Assembly (NCBI RefSeq): GCF_000181795.1
Contig: NW_003526944.1
Coordinates: 1,993,797 to 2,057,796 of the forward strand
Direction: 5' to 3'
From: Trichinella spiralis
Lineage: Eukaryota
Length of the DNA: 64,000 bases
The notes under the pieces were generated by a model, which had not been told where the DNA came from, searched no databases, and saw only the letters and a list, made by a program, of their open reading frames with translations. Below are positions 24,871 through 43,133 of this stretch, one piece after another. Position 1 is the stretch's first letter. Every line of letters starts with the position of its first letter. A program made the position numbers and the translations under genes.

Positions 24871-27270
24871 TTGCTGACGGCATATTTTTTCTTCTTTTTT
24901 TTCATAGTTGAATTCTGTTCAACTGGAAAAAGGGAAATTTAAATTAAGAAATCATAAATCATTTCAATTGACTACGCACGCAGGGAACACATTTCAAGCT
25001 AAAAATGACCACCAACTCTGCAACAGTTGTGATACAGAATAATAAATAAATTTCCATTGCTTGAAAAAGCTTGAAATAAATGCTCGACAAAACAACTTTA
25101 TAGCAGTTTGATTGGAAATTTTACAACAAACAATTTAACAAGTTCTTTTCTTAAAACTGAAGAACAAATAAAAAAAATAGGCGAAATATTGGCGCAAAAA
25201 TTTGAAAAAAACTATAATTAAGTTCAATTTTTCACAAAGTTGAAACATCATAAAACTCAGTCACTTTTCTGCACATCTGTTATTTGTGGTGCTGTATTTT
25301 GAGATGAAAAAGCAAATGCTCTCCGGCAAACGGTTCCTAGCACAACAACGGATGTAAAAAGTTCAACTGAAACTCAATTTGCAAAAAGCAGCTGTCAACA
25401 AGCATCGGCATAAAAACTGAAAAAACAAACAAACAAATGAAACATTAATTAAAATTATTTTTCTTCCTGAGAAACTTTTTTTCTGATATCCGAAAAAGTA
25501 GTACTTTTTCGAATTTATATATGTTTAAATTTTTCCCACTACAAAAGAATGATGAATTAATGATTAACGTAGTTCATAAATGTCAACGTTTTACATGTGC
25601 AAACCTGATTGCCATTTAATAAAGTAAATTAAGAAAATCTTGAAAAAAGAAAATCATAAAAAATATAATCGTTTTTAAACTACATTTCAGCATTGAATTT
25701 CAATATTCAAATGGATACAATTTATTCCCTGTTTTGAACTATTTATTCAATCTTGAAAATCATTAATTGAATATTGTTATATTATGTGAAATTTAATTTC
25801 CCGTATTCACACCACTGGTTTTCAAGAAAAAAAAGTATCACTGTCAATAATAAGACAACAAATTTATTATAATAATTAATGTATTGTCATTTATTTAAAA
25901 AAAAACAAATTCAGCATCGCATCGTGCCGAAAAGGTTTCAATCTGTCTATTTATTTGGATTTCATTTGAGAAACATTTTCTTTACATAAAACAAACTAAA
26001 CTAACTAATATAAACGCGGCGGAATAACTGAAAATAACAATAATAATACGATTTATATTTATATATATACATGTAGCGTATTTGTTGAACGCAATTAATG
26101 GTGAAAGAGAACATGTAAATTATTAATAAAATAATTTACTTTCTCCAGACAAATTATATTTTATCGAAAAACGTGATTTGATCTCTTTATTTGAAAAAAA
26201 AGCAAAATGTAACAATTTTCAAAAGTTGAACAAATAGCAAAAGAAAAAGAAAAATATTAGGATAAGAAAATTTGTACAATCAAATTCATGCATGTACAGT
26301 AATATAAATCAGAAATAAAATAGAGCTCGACTTTAAATTAAACTTGTTACTCATTGCCAAACAACAAAGCATGCAGAAAGAAAAATTGAGCAAGCTGGTG
26401 CGAGCATGTGAAGCAAAGAAGTAATAAATAGATGAAGCGGTGTGTCGTTTGATTGAAGTTTATATATATATATATTGATCAATCATTAAATGTTCAGTTG
26501 TGAAATGTTGATCATAATTAAATAAATAAGCAATATAGCGGCACCGATTTTAATCTCCAAGCATGATATGATGTGATCTGATGATCGTCCCCTGCGTAAA
26601 TAAATATAACGTAACAGAGTTAAAAGACAACACGCACGCACACAGAGATGCAATATTGAATAGAGAGAGAGATGTAGAGAGGGAAGAAGAAGGAGGGGAG
26701 GAAAGATTGGGGGAAGGGGGGGGGGAAGAAGAAAGACGAATAAATTTGAAAAGTTTGCAAAATGAGCAGCACACAGCTTTGTTATTGTTGTGTTTGTGCT
26801 GCTTGCCGTAAAAATGTGCGACAAACGAGCAAGCCAGCTGACGACGTGTTGAAACGACGGATGAAAGCCGGAAGCAACTGACTAGTGGTGTAGCAATTAG
26901 CTGTGCGTGCGCACGCGCAGGTTGACAATCTGCCGAGAAGCCAACTGCACACTGCCAAGCGAACTAGCCAATCGGAACTGCGCATCCTTCATTTCCCAAC
27001 GTGCCCATGGACAAGGAAACGCCTCGATCTTTGGGGGAAAATTTTTTCACCACTCCACACAACAACAACAACAACAATGGCTTGCAAACGGCTGGGTTTC
27101 TTTTTTTACCCCTTTCCCTCATCACCCATACGCTGAGCTGTTGCGTCTGCAAACTTTGCCTCACGTTACACAACTTGCTTACATCCAGCCCAAACGCGCT
27201 TGGACAACACTGCGAACCAATAAACTATTGAAAAACTGTTCATCCTATTGTTTATGACATTGTTTGTGTC

Positions 27271-29800
27271 ATGTGGAAACGAAACTGTTCGACCACACCC
27301 GCCCAACTACTGTTGCTGCTATTGTACTTTTACTTGATCAACATCCCAGCTGTAGCCGTCGATGTACGATGGCCTGAATGGCGCCGTGGACAGAGACCCG
27401 ACTTCGACGAACCCGACATATGCCACCCGGTTCCAATGTTCACCAACGGTGGTCAACTGGTCATGACCAATTACCACGGTCACGTGACACTGATCGCGCT
27501 CATGGAATTACAGTGTACCTTATGTCGTACTCAGATAAGCAGGTAAAAAAAACGGAAAAACAAAGAATAATGTATAGAATTAAAATACAACAAAAAAGTT
27601 AGGATTTGTTCGTATTTTTTCGAACATTATTAAAAATCAATTGAACAAATTGATAATATAAAAACGAAACACTTACCTGCCTGCAAGCATGAGGTGAGGT
27701 TGAGGCTGGCTGGTTGTGACTTTGTGTATTGTGGCATCATCGTTTTTCCGCTCAACTTGCAAAATTGAACTTTTTTCTTCTTCTTCTTCTAGCATTGTGA
27801 AACTTTCTGAATTGTTCCGAGAAAATTACGACGAACCGACCAAATTTTTGGTCGTTGCACCGCACAATGAATCCGATCGTTTCGTCGAATATTATAAACA
27901 ATATCTGAAACCGTACGACATTGGCGTCATTCAAGAAACCACTGCCGAACCAATATGGCATACTTTACGAGGTTCTAGATTTGACTTTTTCGTCTACGAC
28001 CGGTAAGCGTAACTAGATATTGAAATCTGAAATTTTCTACAAAACAACAAATTATAAAAATCACTTTCCTCTACAAATAATAATTTGAAAAAAAAAATTT
28101 TTTTTTCTCAAGATGCGGCCGTCTGAATTATTACATCCCATATCCGCAGAGTTTCATGTATTACCATTACACTATTTCGTCTTTGCATTCAACGCACCGT
28201 TACATAAAATGTGGTCCATGTCCGTCGAATCGTCAAGACATTTCAACAGCAGCGGTCAGTGTTGGCAAAACTCTGACCGACGATGGACAGTGGAACAGCA
28301 ACGACCAACGTTCAACGTTTCCATCAGAAACGTCGAGCGTGTACAAGCATCACTTACCGAAATATCAACCCAAGGTCTACGTGTAGAAGCGCAGTCTGCT
28401 TTTCTAACTATACCTTTTTTTTGTTAAGAACGTAAAAGCATGGTTGCAGTATATTCGTGGTCTGTCAGGTGATCCGACTGGGGAAAATCAACTTGACGGT
28501 GTCGACTCGTTCGCTGCCGAAGTTCTGCGAGAACGTTACGTTAAACCCAAGCATGGTGGTCGCAGAAAAAATCGTACCCGAATCAAGCAAGGTAGCAAAA
28601 AACTGACGACAGCACTGCCCAAACACAGCCAAGCGACAACAAGCAACGACAGTAGTATACCGACAACGACAAATGCCAACACCACAGTCGCCCATACGCC
28701 GATTCCAAACATTACCGAAAATTGTAAGCATGCTTGTTTGTTTGTTTGATTATTCAATTAATTTGAACGTGATTGTATAATTGATGATCGTCGTTGAAAA
28801 AGGTGACGTGCATATTTTGAAATTGCAGTTGAAAGCACAGCTCAAATTCCAACAACACCACTAATGACGACATCGATGACGACGACCGCAACAACGCAGC
28901 TAATAATCAACGCTATTCCAGAGAATTCAACTGTCGGAAACGAAACCGACGTACAAGATTTCAACAACAACGACAACAATCAAACAGATCTACCAACCGA
29001 CGACACGAAAAAGCCGAAATATTATTGGAGTCTTACCCCGCCGGAAGAGATGAACTGTTCCGCTTACAGGGATTCGGTGTGCTTGAAATTGCAAGCCAAG
29101 AATCGATCACACCCGTGTTGTAATAAAGGAATCTACGTCACTGGTCTGTGCTCGCCGGACCATTGCACGCCGGACACCAACCAACTCTGTTGTTTTCAAC
29201 GCTATCAGCAAGTAAGGGATACGCGCAATCATCTACATTATTGGACAAAAGAAGGAAGGATTCTTTCAATTTTCAAATAATAAAAAAAGAGTAACTAACA
29301 CAGCTTCTGCTTACCTGTTTTTGTAAATTGTTCTTTTTTCAATTCAGTTTATAAAAAAATGTTCGTCGTCGATGAAACTGCTCGATATTCGATATATTTG
29401 AAATATTTGCATAATTTATGCATTCTTGTTTGAATTGTAGGCTCGGTATGCTTGCTGTCACGATGAAAGCGTACCTTCGAGTCGACCGGACGATTTCAAC
29501 CGGTGCTGTTATGACTACTTCATGCACTCGGAGCCGGAAGATCCGTGCTGTCCGAGCAGTGTAGCGCACGCTTACTGGACAAAGCAGCATCGCATTGCTG
29601 ATTTGTGCTTGCCGAATTTGCAAGTTGACTATTCGGATGTTGTATTCCAAGTGCATCTGAAGAATGGCCGAAGCGAACTACACCAGTTGCGTTCTGTCAA
29701 CGTTCTCAATTACACTTGCCCGTACGCATCGAAACGGCAAACATTCTACGTATTCGACCCGAGCCTAGAACCTGATTATCATAACCCTGAAGACGACTGA
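27271..29800 (+). CDS. Secreted Selenoprotein P N-terminal domain protein (Cys homologue) with Thr-rich linker and Cys-rich C-terminal domain, 586 aa, 6 exons
   Basis: Exons 27271-27542, 27793-28002, 28113-28374, 28450-28723, 28829-29211, 29441-29800 join in frame at GT-AG sites. Motifs GHVTLIALMELQCTLCRTQ, IWHTLRGSRFDFFVYDRCGRLNYYIPYPQSFM and KCGPC parallel the SELENOP N-domain (GSVTVVALLQASUYLC, VWTLLNGSKDDFLIYDRCGRL, KCGNC). Confidence 0.85.
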
Positions 29801-30119
29801 AAGCAAACAAACTGAGCAAATTACCTTATCCCTTCTCTTCCCTAAAAGCTAACCGTACGTAACGTAATGCTTTTTATTACCATATTCCATACGTTTGCAT
29901 TGTACGAAAAATATAAATTTGCATGCGAACGACATTTCCATACTATTTTCACCTCAACTCGGTCAAATAATATGAATTTCCAATAAATCAACAACCACGA
30001 ACGAGCATGATACAAAAAAAAAGAGAGAATTGTATTCGACTTTGAAAAAGGAAAAAGAAAAAAAGTACAACTGAACTTAATTGATAGATGATCAAGAAAA
30101 AAAATACCGCTTGAATTAT

Positions 30120-30431
30120 TTATTCAGAATTAGCATGCTGTTTTGCTTGCATTGCCTGTTTCGCTTCTTCTACTGCAATTTGAATTTCGTGTTTCCCGCG
30201 TCGACAGATGGCGAACATTGTCAGACTGGTAACAAAATAGACAAAACCACCGGCACGGAATGAACGTTGCATTTGGCCTGTCCATCCGAAAATACCGAGA
30301 CTGAAGAAAACGCCGGCCAATATACCGTAAAGTTGTGACCGACTGAAACAAGGAATTTCCAACGGATTCAGCATTCGCTTTTTGGCCATGTCGAAAAATG
30401 TCTCCTTTGGCTGGTCGTCCATTGTTGACAT
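30120..30431 (-). CDS. COX20: Cytochrome c oxidase assembly protein COX20-like, single coding exon
   Basis: 103 aa; IPCFSRSQLYGI motif, two hydrophobic helices, then FAICR and a charged tail, as in COX20/FAM36A. Confidence 0.8.
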   Translation of the reverse strand: MSTMDDQPKETFFDMAKKRMLNPLEIPCFSRSQLYGILAGVFFSLGIFGWTGQMQRSFRAGGFVYFVTSLTMFAICRRGKHEIQIAVEEAKQAMQAKQHANSE

Positions 30432-31411
30432 GAATAAAAGAAAAAAGCTAATAATAATAATAATAATAAAATACTTCGAAATGTGCTCGGGCTAGAAAAA
30501 AAAGCAAAAGCGAAGTGAATGGATTAAACAATTGGACAAAACATCCTCACAAAGGACAGAGATCGCACGTCACAATGGAACGCAATTTTCTTCAAATTCA
30601 TCACCACAACGAGTGGATGGATTAGAAATTCATAAAATACAAAAAAAAGTTTTTTTTAAATATATTTCTTTTAATGCTTTCATTCAACACCATTATTTTC
30701 ACGCAGCTTCTAAACAGAACATATAGATCAAAAGTATATTATTATTTATAACATACAACACAGCCGCTGTTCAACACACGTTTTTCGGCTGCTGAACTGC
30801 AAACTACTCTGAAACAGAGATAAAAAAAAACAAGCACAACGTCAAACTTTTCACAGAAAAGAAAAGATGACACAGCATGCAGTTCAAATTAACAACTGGA
30901 TCATCGCTTTGTAAAGCGATAACAAACAAAAATAAACATATTTATAATATACATACATAATGTATAGACAGATATATAAATATAAATATAAATAAATAAA
31001 TATATATATATATATATACAGTGGTGATTTTTATACGTTGTGCATAGTGCCGGCATGCGTGAGGAAGAAAGAGTATACGGATGAAGAGTTGCAACAAAAG
31101 ATGATAAAAAACCATGTACAAATATAGAATATTCAAAATGAGCAGCATAAAAAATACCAGCCTCTCAAAGTATACAAACCCAAGGGGCAATTTATTTTGC
31201 ATCACAGGCGAGTCACCTGCCTTGATTGCATTAAAATACGAGCTTCTCAGAAGAACTCTTTGGTCATACACATATTACACACACAAAAAAGCTAGCCGAC
31301 CCGCACCAAAATAAATATTGTATTTTACATGCAAAAGTAATTTTTATACGTTAAGTTTCAATGTTTTGCTGTTCTTTTCTTTTTCCAATTTCAAATGAAA
31401 TATGGAAAAAA

Positions 31412-36864
<5,453 letters not shown>

Positions 36865-39800
36865 GGTGACGCCTTGAAACGGTCGAAGGAGCCCGGAAAG
36901 AAAAAACAGTTAAACAGTTACGTCATTCAACTGAATGAACAGATCAAGCCAAGCTTACTCGGTTGATGCTGGCCGATCAATGGCAGTTGTCGTGCGAATG
37001 AAACAAACTTGCTTAAAAAGAAAAGCAAAAAGCCCAACGCAAAAACACGGTAACTCGGCTGTTTAAAACGCAAAATCACCGTCTACCATAGATTGCCTGA
37101 AAATCACATTACTTTTAAATTACAACGAATGGATGTCAAATATCAAATGTCATATAATTTCATGAAATTCACAAAATAAATTTTGAAAAAACTATTTCCA
37201 AATTATATAACACAATTTAAATAAATTTATACAATTAACTGATTGATTGGTATTCGTGTCAACAAAACAAAAAAATATCAATTAAAAATTTTATTAATTT
37301 GATTTTAATTATTTAATTAATTTAATAATTTAATTAGTACATTTTACATCAAAAATGTACACTAACAAGACCAGTAGAGCAACAGCAGTACAGGATGACA
37401 AAACAAAGATACTTACTGTAAATTAAAACAAAATAGGTGCATATTTGTACAAAACAATACTGTGTGAAATATGTCAATTAAAATAGTACAGTAATTTTCA
37501 AATTAACTTAAATTTTATTATTATTATTATTATTATTAAAAATTTATTTATAATTTAAAAGTATACTGTTCATGAAGTGAAATGAATGCTTTTCTTTGTT
37601 TACAATAATGGATGAACACGCAAATTTACGTGAGAACCGTAATTGTTCTTAGTCATTCTGTTTATCGGATTGTGACAAATTCGAAGAACAAAGTGAAATT
37701 GATTTTCTTCACTTTCAACTAATACTACTACTGATAATAATAATGAATGTCTTCGCTATTTAAGTTGTGATAAAAATTTCAAAAAATCAAATATGAATGG
37801 TTTCTTCACGATCAAAAAGAAAATTAATTCACTACAGTTAACATACAACACGACTGCATTTATTATTACAACTGTTTTTTTCTGCTTAGAAATCATTCGA
37901 ATATTATTTGTTATGCCCGAAATGAAATGAAGCGCGAAGAAATGAACAAACTGCCAATGTGCGTGCAATTCAGTGGAATTTGAATTGTGACAAAATTAAT
38001 ATTAAAATTCCATCCGAAAACGCGTTCAACAGTTCTCAATCACGCACACTGCTCGACGGGATAAATTGCACTCAAAGCAATATCCATTTGAAAAAAGATA
38101 TTCATCAAAAGATTAAATTAATAATTTACAAAAGCACAATTGGATTTGAATGTGCAAAACAAAAAATAAATATGACAAACTAAATCTTGAAGGAAAAGGC
38201 GAGAAGATTTGTTTTTTCTTTTGAAAATCGATCAATCGCTGAAAAATAGTGAAAATTGTGCTCAGATCAGTGTGAAACAAAACAATTTTTTCTTTTTTGA
38301 TTTCATTTTCAACGTGTGAAAATTGTGATTTGAAAAATTTCAACAATTCCACAGTACTACTATTAACCGCTTGTCAAAAATTGACGAATAGAAGCAACAA
38401 ATCAAAGAAAAAAGAAAAAACTAAAGATTTGTTATTTTTGCCGTTGAAAAATGAATGCAAATATTTCGTTGATGATAATTGATTTTAAAAAATAAAATTA
38501 TCCCAAATATTGTTGTTGTTGTTGCTGTTGTTTTTGCATTTCATATTTTCCAATACTATTCTTATCAACGACATCGACAGTTCATACAGTAATTCCAATG
38601 ACAAAAGTACTTGACAATAATTATAATTATAATTATGCATTGAAGAGTGAATTTATTTCTTTTTTTCTTTTTTTTCCAAAATCAAGAAAAAAAATAACCA
38701 TGCATTCCAACTGTTCCGTCGAGGTTGTCAGCTACATGTCCTTGCTGTGCACCGTTGGCGATGATGCCCATGACCCAAAATGGGCATCGAATTTTATGTC
38801 AAAATCAAATTTATCGTTTTTAATGTTCAAGTTGAAATTGTCCATTGAAGAAGACACGAGAAAAGCCGGCTGAAGCAGAAAAACTGGTTGCTTTTTCAAA
38901 AAAAAATTTCTTCTCTTCCGTGTGAAAATCGACCAAATCAAAAACCCTCTCCCCATGTTCTTCGTCTCTACACTTTCCCACAGATAAACAACAACAACAA
39001 CAACAACAAGCAGGTAATGCACAGGATAATTGGTTTCTACATTTCTCGGTAGTATATAGTCAATTTGCAAAAAGTTATAATAATAAATTTCCCAAGCTCT
39101 TTTTTCTTAAAAAAATCCAATTCCATTTCGGTTTGCTCGGATTAAAAAAAAAGCTAAAATTGTGTTCGGCGGGTTGGCTCTTTTATCATTATTATTATTA
39201 TTACTATTATCATTATCATTATTATCGATTGAGAAAAATCCCATTTGACGCCGACACTATTCCAGCAATAATTAATAGAAACTGACCGATTGTTGTTCAC
39301 TTCATGCGGGCAGAAGAAGGAGAAAAAAAATTTCCTTTCTGTTGAATAAAAATATTAACAATTTTGGTCAATTGCTTTTTCCTTTATTTATGGCACAAAT
39401 GGGAAAATGGCTGAAGGAAAAAAGAAAAAGCTGAAATGGAAGAAAACTTCCGCCATCGAAAATGCTCGAAGCAACAACCGATGAAAAAGCGAAGAAAAAA
39501 TACCAAATTTAAAATTACATTATTATTGACTGAATCCAACAAGCCAACATGCTGGAAGAATTCACAATTTAACGGCAAAAATGCATAATCCTCCTCCTCC
39601 TCCTACTAACTAAACTGACCATGCGGAATATTGAGAAAATCCAACTTATTCTGATTACGTTCAAGTAAATTATCCGCTAACGCGTCCGGAGAGGAGCTCT
39701 TTCCCCAAGGAGCGATTTGCAGCCAGCCGTTCAAAAATTCACACTACGCACCAATTGAACAATCTGGAATCGCTGTACCCAAGAAACAGCAAGCAAACAA

Positions 39801-41528
39801 ACCAATACACTCACAAATATGAGCTAACAATAGAATTTTTATATTCAATAAATTTATTCAACTAGAAAGAAAATTTAATTAGACGCTTATTTGCAAAAAA
39901 ATTTCAACTTTAGAAAAAGATTGTTTTATGAGATTTTTCCAAAAGCATTTCAAACGACATTCACTGGCGCTCTAAAATTGCCCTGATAATTGAAACAAAT
40001 CACTTCACGGCAAATTTAAATTGCGGGAACAGGTAATAAAAAGAGACATTGCAACTAATTCCTACGAGAATAATATTGTGCAACAGTTTAGCCCCTGGTT
40101 GATAATTGCAATTAGTGAATGAAGCATGTTATTGAAAATTGAATGAAATGTAAATTCTTTTCTCTCATGTGAAATGCGTCTCTAAATTTACTGTTAAATT
40201 ATGTTTTCATGATGATGATGGTGATCAATCATATTTACTTACTTGATTATGAATGTAGTAAAAATAGAAAATGAATAACAACTGAATGAATAAAAGTGAA
40301 GAGCAGTGCACCGAAAAAAGAACATGACGAAAATAAAATTCTCTCTGTGCTCAGCAATTTGCTTGATTCACCAACAATCCACCGGACCGGAGGTCTTCAG
40401 ACGCTCAGATTAACCCACTGACGGTCGCAACTCGCCTATATTTAGCGTTAAGCTTCTCTGAATGCAACCAATGGGAAATGGCCGTCGGTCGCCCACTCCC
40501 GAAAGGCTTCTACTGGCAAATTGTGGTGGCGTCCTCGCTGTAGTATATACTTTATTTTCTACAACTCTGGTCGTTGTTCATGAACCCAACAACAACAACA
40601 ACAACAACAGCGCGTTCCAAGTGGACATTCACGTCATATTTTGATTCTTGAAAGCAAATCGTTTTAGCAGCCGAGACGAGGGCGTGGATCGATATGCGAT
40701 TTTGAACACGGCGGAAACAACCGACCAACCGGCGGCTCAATTATAATACTGCCTCTCCAAAGAGCAGGGCCCAAAATTCGACAGCAACTTCGATGACACT
40801 GACAATTCAATTTCAATCAACTCATCCACGCACTGCGGTCCGTGTTCAGCAATTGCTTCAACTGCCAGTTCATCAATTATCATCATCACTTTGCCGTGAT
40901 TTTTCAAGAGCCAACGAAAAGATGAATGGAAGAATGAAAAGAAAAACAAAAACAGAAAAGCAGAAAAAATTATGAGAGAAAAAACCAAAATTAATCTACC
41001 TTAGAATGGCAATATTCTTTTTGTTTGCTTTTTCTCTCCACCACACCATACATATTATGCTCATTCGAATTCTCTCTGATTCTCTCTCACACATACATAC
41101 AAATACATCTCCTCAATCGTAATTACACGAAACCAAGATGAAAAACGACAACAACAACAACAACAACAACAACACTGCTCGTCATTTAAATTTATCAGTG
41201 AAAATGCAATTTTCACTAACAAATTGGAATTAAAATAATTTTCGAAATGCAATTTTGAAAAAATCAAAAAAAGAAAAACAACGATCTTTTACAAAAACAA
41301 ATCATCGCACTTACCAGGAAAACATTGTTCACTTGAAAATAAATGCAATTTCAAAGTGCTTTTTAAAATAAAATTTAAATAATTCACGTAAACAACCCGG
41401 ATACGTACGTCATCGTGATCGTTTTCACTTGCACTACAGTATGGAAGGGTAAATTCTTGAAAATCTTTATACTGTAACCAGAGTCCAAATTCACGTTTTT
41501 TGACCGGGTGGAATGTAATTTAAGTCGG

Positions 41529-42818
41529 ATGGCTTTGTTGTGTTGGTTTTCTCTGTCGAACATACTACTGTTGGTTGAACTGGCCGTTTCTGAAGATCCG
41601 TTTAAAATTACCGAAAACAGAGACAAATGGATTGATCCGAACAGCATGTTCAGCACGGATTCATTGACTGAAAATGAAGTGAAACTGGTCAATGACGACG
41701 ACACGTCAGGTAAAAAGTTTTGCAAATTCAATCATATAATAAAAGAAGAACTGGCTGAATGTCGAAAGAAATTGTTGACCATGCCGAAAATAGCATCAAA
41801 TTGTCAATGTCAGTTCGACGAAAAAAGTCCTTGCCAAAGCGAAGTTGCCGCTGTGAAGCACATGATTCGACTTTTGGGCAGAAAACTTGACATCAATTTG
41901 GACAATCCAAAAAGTGTGAGTGATTCGGCGCAAAATTATGTCGTCCGACTTACTGTTAGTCAGTCTGATTTGGCCACTTGGAATGAGCTGCTGACCGAAA
42001 CTCCATTGAAGCATTCGACACTGATTGAAGCGCTCGAGAAAGTCGGCAATATGATCAACACCGCATCACTGAGAACTGTCGTGAGTGAAAGTTTAATCAA
42101 ACAGACCAATTGTACTAACGTTTCTGAAAATGACACTTCTTTGGTGTATATTTTCACTTGGCTTAACTTCGTTGCTCTTGTTGTCGCACTGGGCTACATT
42201 GTGCTAGTCATATGGCGAAGAAGTTTTTTTCTTTTCGCAACGTTCATGTTCTGCACGCTTTTCGCCCTCAGCTTCGTGTGGACTTGGTATCACATGTACA
42301 AAACTGAACAGGCCAAATCGATGGCCATTTTGCACAAAGTTTCCCTGAACAGCTGTCGCCGAATCGAAGACATGTCCATCTGGCAATACATTGGACATTT
42401 GTATTTCAAATTGGAAGATACTTGCACAGAGTATCACAAAGCGGTTATTGTGGATCCATTTTTGGAAGTGAAACCGTTGAAAGTGTTGGGCGTGACAATA
42501 TCAGAATTCGTATTCGCCCCGCTGGAGCCCTTGGCGAAGGAAATCAATCGCTCTTTTGCTGCACTGAGAAACAACCTTTCCACTTACAATTTTGCACTGT
42601 TGATCATCACATTTTTGTCGTTGATGGTTCCCTTGCTTCTCCTTATCGGACGATACCGTTTCCGTGCATTGTACGGTATGATCTCAGTTGAGCCGGCTGC
42701 GGTGACAAAAAATCCAAACACGATTCCAATTGAAAACAAAGCAGCTATTGGCTCTACCCCAAGCAAGAAACAATTGAAACGATTACATCGTAAAGCGTTG
42801 TTGAAGTTGAAAAATTGA
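41529..42818 (+). CDS. CLCC1: Chloride channel CLIC-like protein 1 (CLCC1/MCLC family), intronless
   Basis: Signal peptide, WIDPNSMF motif, TM pair followed by WTWYHMYK, CTEYHKAVIVDPFLEVKPLKVLGVTISEFVFAPLE motif, third TM; first ATG at 41529. Confidence 0.8.
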   Translation: MALLCWFSLSNILLLVELAVSEDPFKITENRDKWIDPNSMFSTDSLTENEVKLVNDDDTSGKKFCKFNHIIKEELAECRKKLLTMPKIASNCQCQFDEKSPCQSEVAAVKHMIRLLGRKLDINLDNPKSVSDSAQNYVVRLTVSQSDLATWNELLTETPLKHSTLIEALEKVGNMINTASLRTVVSESLIKQTNCTNVSENDTSLVYIFTWLNFVALVVALGYIVLVIWRRSFFLFATFMFCTLFALSFVWTWYHMYKTEQAKSMAILHKVSLNSCRRIEDMSIWQYIGHLYFKLEDTCTEYHKAVIVDPFLEVKPLKVLGVTISEFVFAPLEPLAKEINRSFAALRNNLSTYNFALLIITFLSLMVPLLLLIGRYRFRALYGMISVEPAAVTKNPNTIPIENKAAIGSTPSKKQLKRLHRKALLKLKN

Positions 42819-43133
42819 AAGTTTCACAATGTTTTATGTTGCAGTTTGAAATGTCCAAGCTGAAAAACGAATAAGTTTAGTATGTTGAATGAAAATGAAA
42901 CGAAATAAATAAATGCTACCATAATGTGACAAGCAGGTTTCTGTACTGTAGATGAATCTGAGTATTTTCTTCTCCTTGGATTTTCTTTCAAACCTTTACC
43001 AAACGATAATTCATTTATTTTTGAATTTGAATTTTCACAAAAGCAGACAAGAATTAACCAAAACTAGCATTTCCAAAAAAATTAAGCGAATGAAATTGCA
43101 ATTAATAAAAGTTATCTTTTATAATGAAGTTTG

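Noticed and set aside
29972..30012. Possible SECIS (ATGA...AAA...TGAT) in the SelP-like 3' UTR
   Set aside because: The would-be helix II does not base-pair convincingly
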